The position numbers and the translations under genes were made by a program. A stretch of 64,000 bases of DNA from Eledone cirrhosa (lineage: Eukaryota): positions 156,550,001 through 156,614,000 of the forward strand of contig OZ024740.1 in the NCBI GenBank assembly GCA_964016885.1. Direction: 5' to 3'. This document shows, piece by piece, positions 55,872 through 64,000 of the stretch. The notes beneath the pieces were generated by a model. It searched no databases. It saw only the letters and a program-made list of their open reading frames with translations, and had not been told where the DNA came from. Within the stretch, counting starts at the first letter, position 1; each line of letters opens with the position of its first letter.

Positions 55872-55872
<1 letters not shown>
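54735..55872 (-). mobile_element. Second copy of the 32330-33975 PLE 3' end; hammerhead at 54788-54923
   Basis: Colinear with 32460-33590; (TA)n on both sides. Confidence 0.88.
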
Positions 55873-55913
<41 letters not shown>

Positions 55914-55918
55914 TAATA

Positions 55919-55968
<50 letters not shown>

Positions 55969-56058
55969 GTTATTCCGGGTTGAATCGGAGGTAACCACAG
56001 TAAGTAAGGTACTCAATACATTGCAGAGTATAAAAGTTTTAATATAGATGAGATTCTA

Positions 56059-56103
56059 CAGGACTAGAACTGTTTCATTCTTTAGAAATCATCAGTAATC
56101 CTG
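56059..56103 (-). ncRNA. Minimal hammerhead in a fold-back insertion (55967-56182)
   Basis: caggatta-CTGATGA-tttctaaagaat-GAAA-cagt-TC-tagtcctg; stem III imperfect. Confidence 0.55.
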
Positions 56104-56177
56104 ATGATTTCTAAAGAAATCATCAGATTCCTGATGATTTCTAAAGAATGAAAGAGTTCTAGTCCTGTAGAATCTCA

Positions 56178-56280
<103 letters not shown>

Positions 56281-56419
56281 CGAAGGAAGTGTGGTAAGGA
56301 ACAAGATGGACCATAACGCACCGGAGTACCCAATACTTAGGGCAGTAGAGTGGGTAATAGGAAAATGTTTGACCCCATCGAAACCGCTTGAACTCTGCCG
56401 TCGGGGTCAAACCTTTTCC

Positions 56420-56507
<88 letters not shown>

Positions 56508-56753
56508 CATATATGTATATACATATATATATAGTGTAAAAAACTGTGGACGTTAGAAAACGTCCTATACAGATCACGTTATATAAGGAAAAAGATATTT
56601 CACAGATCAACAAAGTTTTGTTAGCAATATTAAGTTCTCCACGCTTTTGTATATCTCCAATTCGATTTATGTGAACAGCTAGATGATGTAAAACGGAGTA
56701 TTTGTATCAAAATAAAGATCCGAAGGCATGGTATAAATTTCCAATCATTTTAA

Positions 56754-56827
56754 TCACGACACATGTTTCAATAAGAGATAGATCGATCGTGTAGCCATGA
56801 TCGATTATCACTGATCTCGTCAGGTGA
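56754..56827 (-). ncRNA. Type I hammerhead ribozyme
   Basis: tcac-CTGACGA-gat..long stem II..att-GAAAC-atgt-GTC-gtga. Confidence 0.72.
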
Positions 56828-57542
56828 AAACGAATTGTCTTCAAATCCTTGATATGAGGGAGAAAATTAACGATGTTCACTCACAGAGTTCAGTCCCTCA
56901 TATCAAGCAGTAAAAACACGGCGACTGCTATCGTCTTCAGTTAGGGTCATAAAACTATCAAATCTCTATCTCCCAATAGCTGTAAAATACGCTGGACATC
57001 AATCAAATCTGTAGAATTACAGTCGGTCACAGTTAATGTGACTGGGTCCACACACACTCACACACACCGACGCGAGGTCAAAGAAAATATATATACGAGG
57101 AAAAAAAATTATTAATATATATTATTAAAATAAAAATATTAATGTTATTAAGGATATAATGTGAAAAGAAGGAGAAGACTAAATGAGTTATGAATTTAGA
57201 GGAATTAGTTAGGGTTTAAATTTGTTTTTATGTAATGTAATGTGTACGTAATATGTATACGTTAGATTTTTTCCTCCTTAAATTTATCTTATCTTATCCT
57301 TTCATGCTCGTTTGACTTTTACATATTACAATACATAAAAACAAACTTAAGCCCTAACTAATTTCTTTTAATATATTATATTATTACCATTAGAAAATAT
57401 TTCGTAAACATATATATTTTTTGATGTTAGATATTTTCTTCCTTAAACATTCTTTTCTTCTTTGCCTTCTGCGCTCATTTTTAAACAAACTATTTACGTA
57501 CACTATTCTCAAGTGTTTTTTAAGCTTCATATCATGTATCCC

Positions 57543-57613
57543 TATTTTATCTGATGAGAACGCATATATCATCCCATGATGATATTTGTTTTTGAAATGC
57601 GCATAATAAAATA
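57543..57613 (+). ncRNA. Type I hammerhead (family of 39341) with an intact tail to about 57735
   Basis: 8-bp stem I, canonical core, ATGCGCAT palindrome. Confidence 0.78.
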
Positions 57614-57735
57614 CTTGGAACTCTTTTAACCATCTTTTGATCTTATATTATTTATACTCCAGTCCTACAAACTGTAGAGTGCTACTTATCCGATATTTGC
57701 ATTGCTTTATTGTGCTACAATAAAACTAACCTCCT

Positions 57736-60659
<2,924 letters not shown>

Positions 60660-61608
60660 CGTGTGTATTTAATGATAGCTATGATGCATCCATAGGCGGT
60701 ATGCCAGTTGAGCACTCTATGTTCTTACAGAGCAGAGTGTGATATAATATAAAACGAAAAATCAGTGATGCATCTGAACTCAGTTTATTGTGTGTTTATT
60801 GGTTGTTTCGCCGGCAGATAGCTCGAGACACGATCATTGTATGGATCTGTCTGATTCTAGATCTTCAGGCTCTTCGGACACATGCAATACTTTCGGAACA
60901 AATTTTCTCACTAGGGTGTTGGCTTCAAAAAACATCTTCCTCTCTTGTCTTGCTATTGGCTGTTGTTTTCCTACGTCATCATAAATTCTGGTCAACATTT
61001 GCTGCCATACAGGCCATCAGCTACCCTCCGTCCAACACACTTCAATGGACTCATGCTGGCTTTGGTATTTCACAAGTCCGCTCACACACACATATATACC
61101 CACACATACATACATATATATACACATACACATAATCACACACACGCGCACACATACATATATACGCATACACATATGTACACACACATATGTACATATA
61201 CACACCCATATACATATACACACACACTCTCTCTCTCTCACACCCACACCCACACACGCCCAATACCATATACATACCAACATACACACCGACAGGCGCC
61301 TGCCTATATGCCCTTGATAATTCCGCTCTCACACGCACGCACACGTGCACACACTCGTACACGCATACAAGGACACATACCTGCGTACGCGTACATTTGC
61401 TCATATACACAAACACGTACAGACATATACATAGACACACACACGCACATATACACGCGTGTCCTTATAGAGAGGCACAAAGACAGACACGCTCCCAAAG
61501 ACACATACACACATACACACATATACATATAAATATATGTATATCTACATATATGTATATGTACACGCACATAAACATACTCACAAACAATCCCTAGCCT
61601 ATGTAGGT

Positions 61609-61714
<106 letters not shown>

Positions 61715-62014
61715 GCACGGGCTCATATACATTCCAACAAATACGCGCCCAATTACCTCCGTGCCCACGTACATCCACAAAGATAGAAACACGCACACAT
61801 GTATATATCTCTGTCCGTACCCCAATGTGATATACTCACAGTCATATAAATCTGCACAAAAGGTCATACAGGGTCATCCATGGAAGGATGCATCCTGTTA
61901 TATATGCACGAATATAAACCATGTAACCATATACATACATCCATACACATACATGCATGCATACATACATACACACATATAAATAAATAAATAAGTAAAT
62001 AGAAAAATAAATAA

Positions 62015-62086
<72 letters not shown>

Positions 62087-62439
62087 AATTAATATCTAGT
62101 AACATATATATACATACAGATGCATATCAATGCTAGCAAATATATAGGTTTTGTCTTAGTAACTTTGTGGTTCAATGCATGGTTTGCAGAACAATAATAT
62201 GAGAGACGTAAAATAAGAAAATTATAAAATTAACTTACTTACTAAAATTTCACTCCCAACTAATTAGTTTCTGAAATGGAATAAATATACTTTCCGAAGA
62301 AAATATTGAGAAGCATTTCGTCGTCAGGGAAGACTATTCTCGGCTAAGTATCCAGGCAAAGCGTGGACTCTGGAAACTTATACAAAAATAATTCATTACG
62401 TCTCTCATATTATTGTTCTGCAACCCCATGCATTGAACC

Positions 62440-64000
62440 AACCGTTCCAAACGGAATAATATCTCACGGGGCGAACTCCTCGCTCTCCGCTCCCTCCGTA
62501 GCCGAGATGACATCGTCATCAAACCGGCGGACAAGGGAGGCGCCGTGGTGGTGTGGCGCGCGGACCTCTACACGGCCGAAGCCATCAGGCAGCTCTGTAA
62601 ACCCTCTTCTACCGCCCTCTACCCTCCGATCCCACACCAATCTACCAACAACAAGTTTCCTCCACCATTCAACACCTTGTCTCCTCCTCCCCCACCGCTT
62701 CCCACCTCATCGTCCTCACCCCCGCACCCCCACCATCTACTTCCTCCCCAAACTCCACAAACCCGACAACCCCGGCCGCCCCATCGTCTCCGCTTGCAAC
62801 TGCCCCACCGAACTCATCTCCGCCTTTCTCGACTCCATCCTCGCCCCCCTTGTCACCACCCTCCCCTCCCACATCTCAGACACCAACGACGCCCTGCGCC
62901 TTTTCGACTCCTTCACCTATCCACCCGGCCCCACGCCCGAACTGTACGGTCGTTACATCGACGACTGTATCGGAGCCACGACCCTCACCCGAGAACAGCT
63001 CGACACCTTTCTCTCCTTCTTCTGCTCCTTCCACCCCTCCCTCCACTTCACCACCTCTATCTCCACCACCCACGTCCACTTCTTAGACATCTCCGTCGCT
63101 TTCGACCCCTCCCACCACTCCCTCGTCACCTCGGCCTTCTTCAAACCCACCGACTCCCACTCTTACCTCGACTTCACCTCTTCCCACCCCACACACACTA
63201 AACACTCTATTCCCTACTCCCAACTCCTCAGGATCCGCCGCCTCTGTAGCCGAGATGCTGACTTCGAGTCCCAGGCCCTTTCCCTAGTCAGCCATTTCAT
63301 CCGCAGAGGTTACCCCCCTCTCTCGTCCACACCGCTCTCACCCGCGCCCGTGCTGTCCACCGCTCCACCACCCTCACCCCACGCCACCGCACACCCACCC
63401 ACCGTCTCCCCTTCCCCATCACCTACCACCCCTCCACCGCACCATCCGCCGCCTCTTCCGACGCCTCCAGTCCGACCCCTCCCCCTCCCACATCTTCCCA
63501 ACCCCACCACTCCCCTCCTTCAAACGCGCACGCAATCTCCGCACCCTCCTCGTCCACAGCTCCCTACCCCCCAACCCACGCTCTTTTTCCCCCCACGGTT
63601 CCTTTCCCTGTTCTAGGCCCCGCTGCAACACCTGTTCCCACATCACCAACACCACCACCTTCCAGGATCTCAACGGCTACTCTCTCTCTGTCCGGCATGC
63701 CTTCCGCTGCACCTCCTCCAACCTAGTCTACGGACTTCGCTGCACGGAGTGCAGCGCGACTTACGTCGGACAGACGGGACGTCGCCTGGCGGACCGATTC
63801 ACTGAGCACCTACGGGATATTCGTCTCGGTGGTAGTTCCCCCATCGCCCGCCACTTTGGTGCCCCTGGACATTCCGCACGCCATCTCACAGTCTGTGACC
63901 TACTCCAATGCCACGGAACACCAAACAATCTCCTCAGAGTTGAACAAAGAACCATCTTCATCTTACAAACCCACAATCCCCCCGGCCTGAACTCCCCACC
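62440..64000 (+). mobile_element. Penelope-like element (Neptune-type), C-rich, RT with internal deletion + GIY-YIG; runs off the window
   Basis: IKPADKGGAVVV, YFLPKLHKPDNPGRPIVS, RYIDD, FLDI, KPTDSHSYL, CSRPRCNTC, NLVYGLRC..YVGQTGRRLADRFTEH. Confidence 0.92.

Noticed and set aside
60790-60875. Minus-strand CTGAAGA...GAAAC hammerhead candidate
   Set aside because: No stem III/NUH or stem I partner

Overview
AT-rich eukaryotic (invertebrate animal) DNA made almost entirely of repeats. The SINE types and dense (TA)n/(CA)n tracts suggest a cephalopod such as Octopus, but that is an inference. I found no host protein-coding gene, rRNA, true tRNA or CRISPR array. Mobile elements: two Tx1/L1-clade LINEs, several Penelope-like elements (PLEs, RT + GIY-YIG) of two linker types, R4/Dong and RTE fragments, a non-autonomous LTR element, many tRNA-derived SINEs, and piggyBac, pogo, hAT and Helitron non-autonomous DNA elements. 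The main signals are in RNA structure. (1) A near-homogeneous tandem array of a non-coding 469-bp unit (41464-45695), with a type I hammerhead ribozyme (HHR) in each unit, resembling a retrozyme. (2) About 15 more minimal HHRs from about 10 unrelated families, most next to (TA)n tracts and many in fold-back structures that break at the ribozyme core. (3) A covarying bulged hairpin (RCTC-stem-loop-stem-TN-GAGY) 25-125 nt downstream of the predicted cleavage site in about 10 of these families, which I cannot match to a named RNA element. All coordinates and pairings were read by eye.
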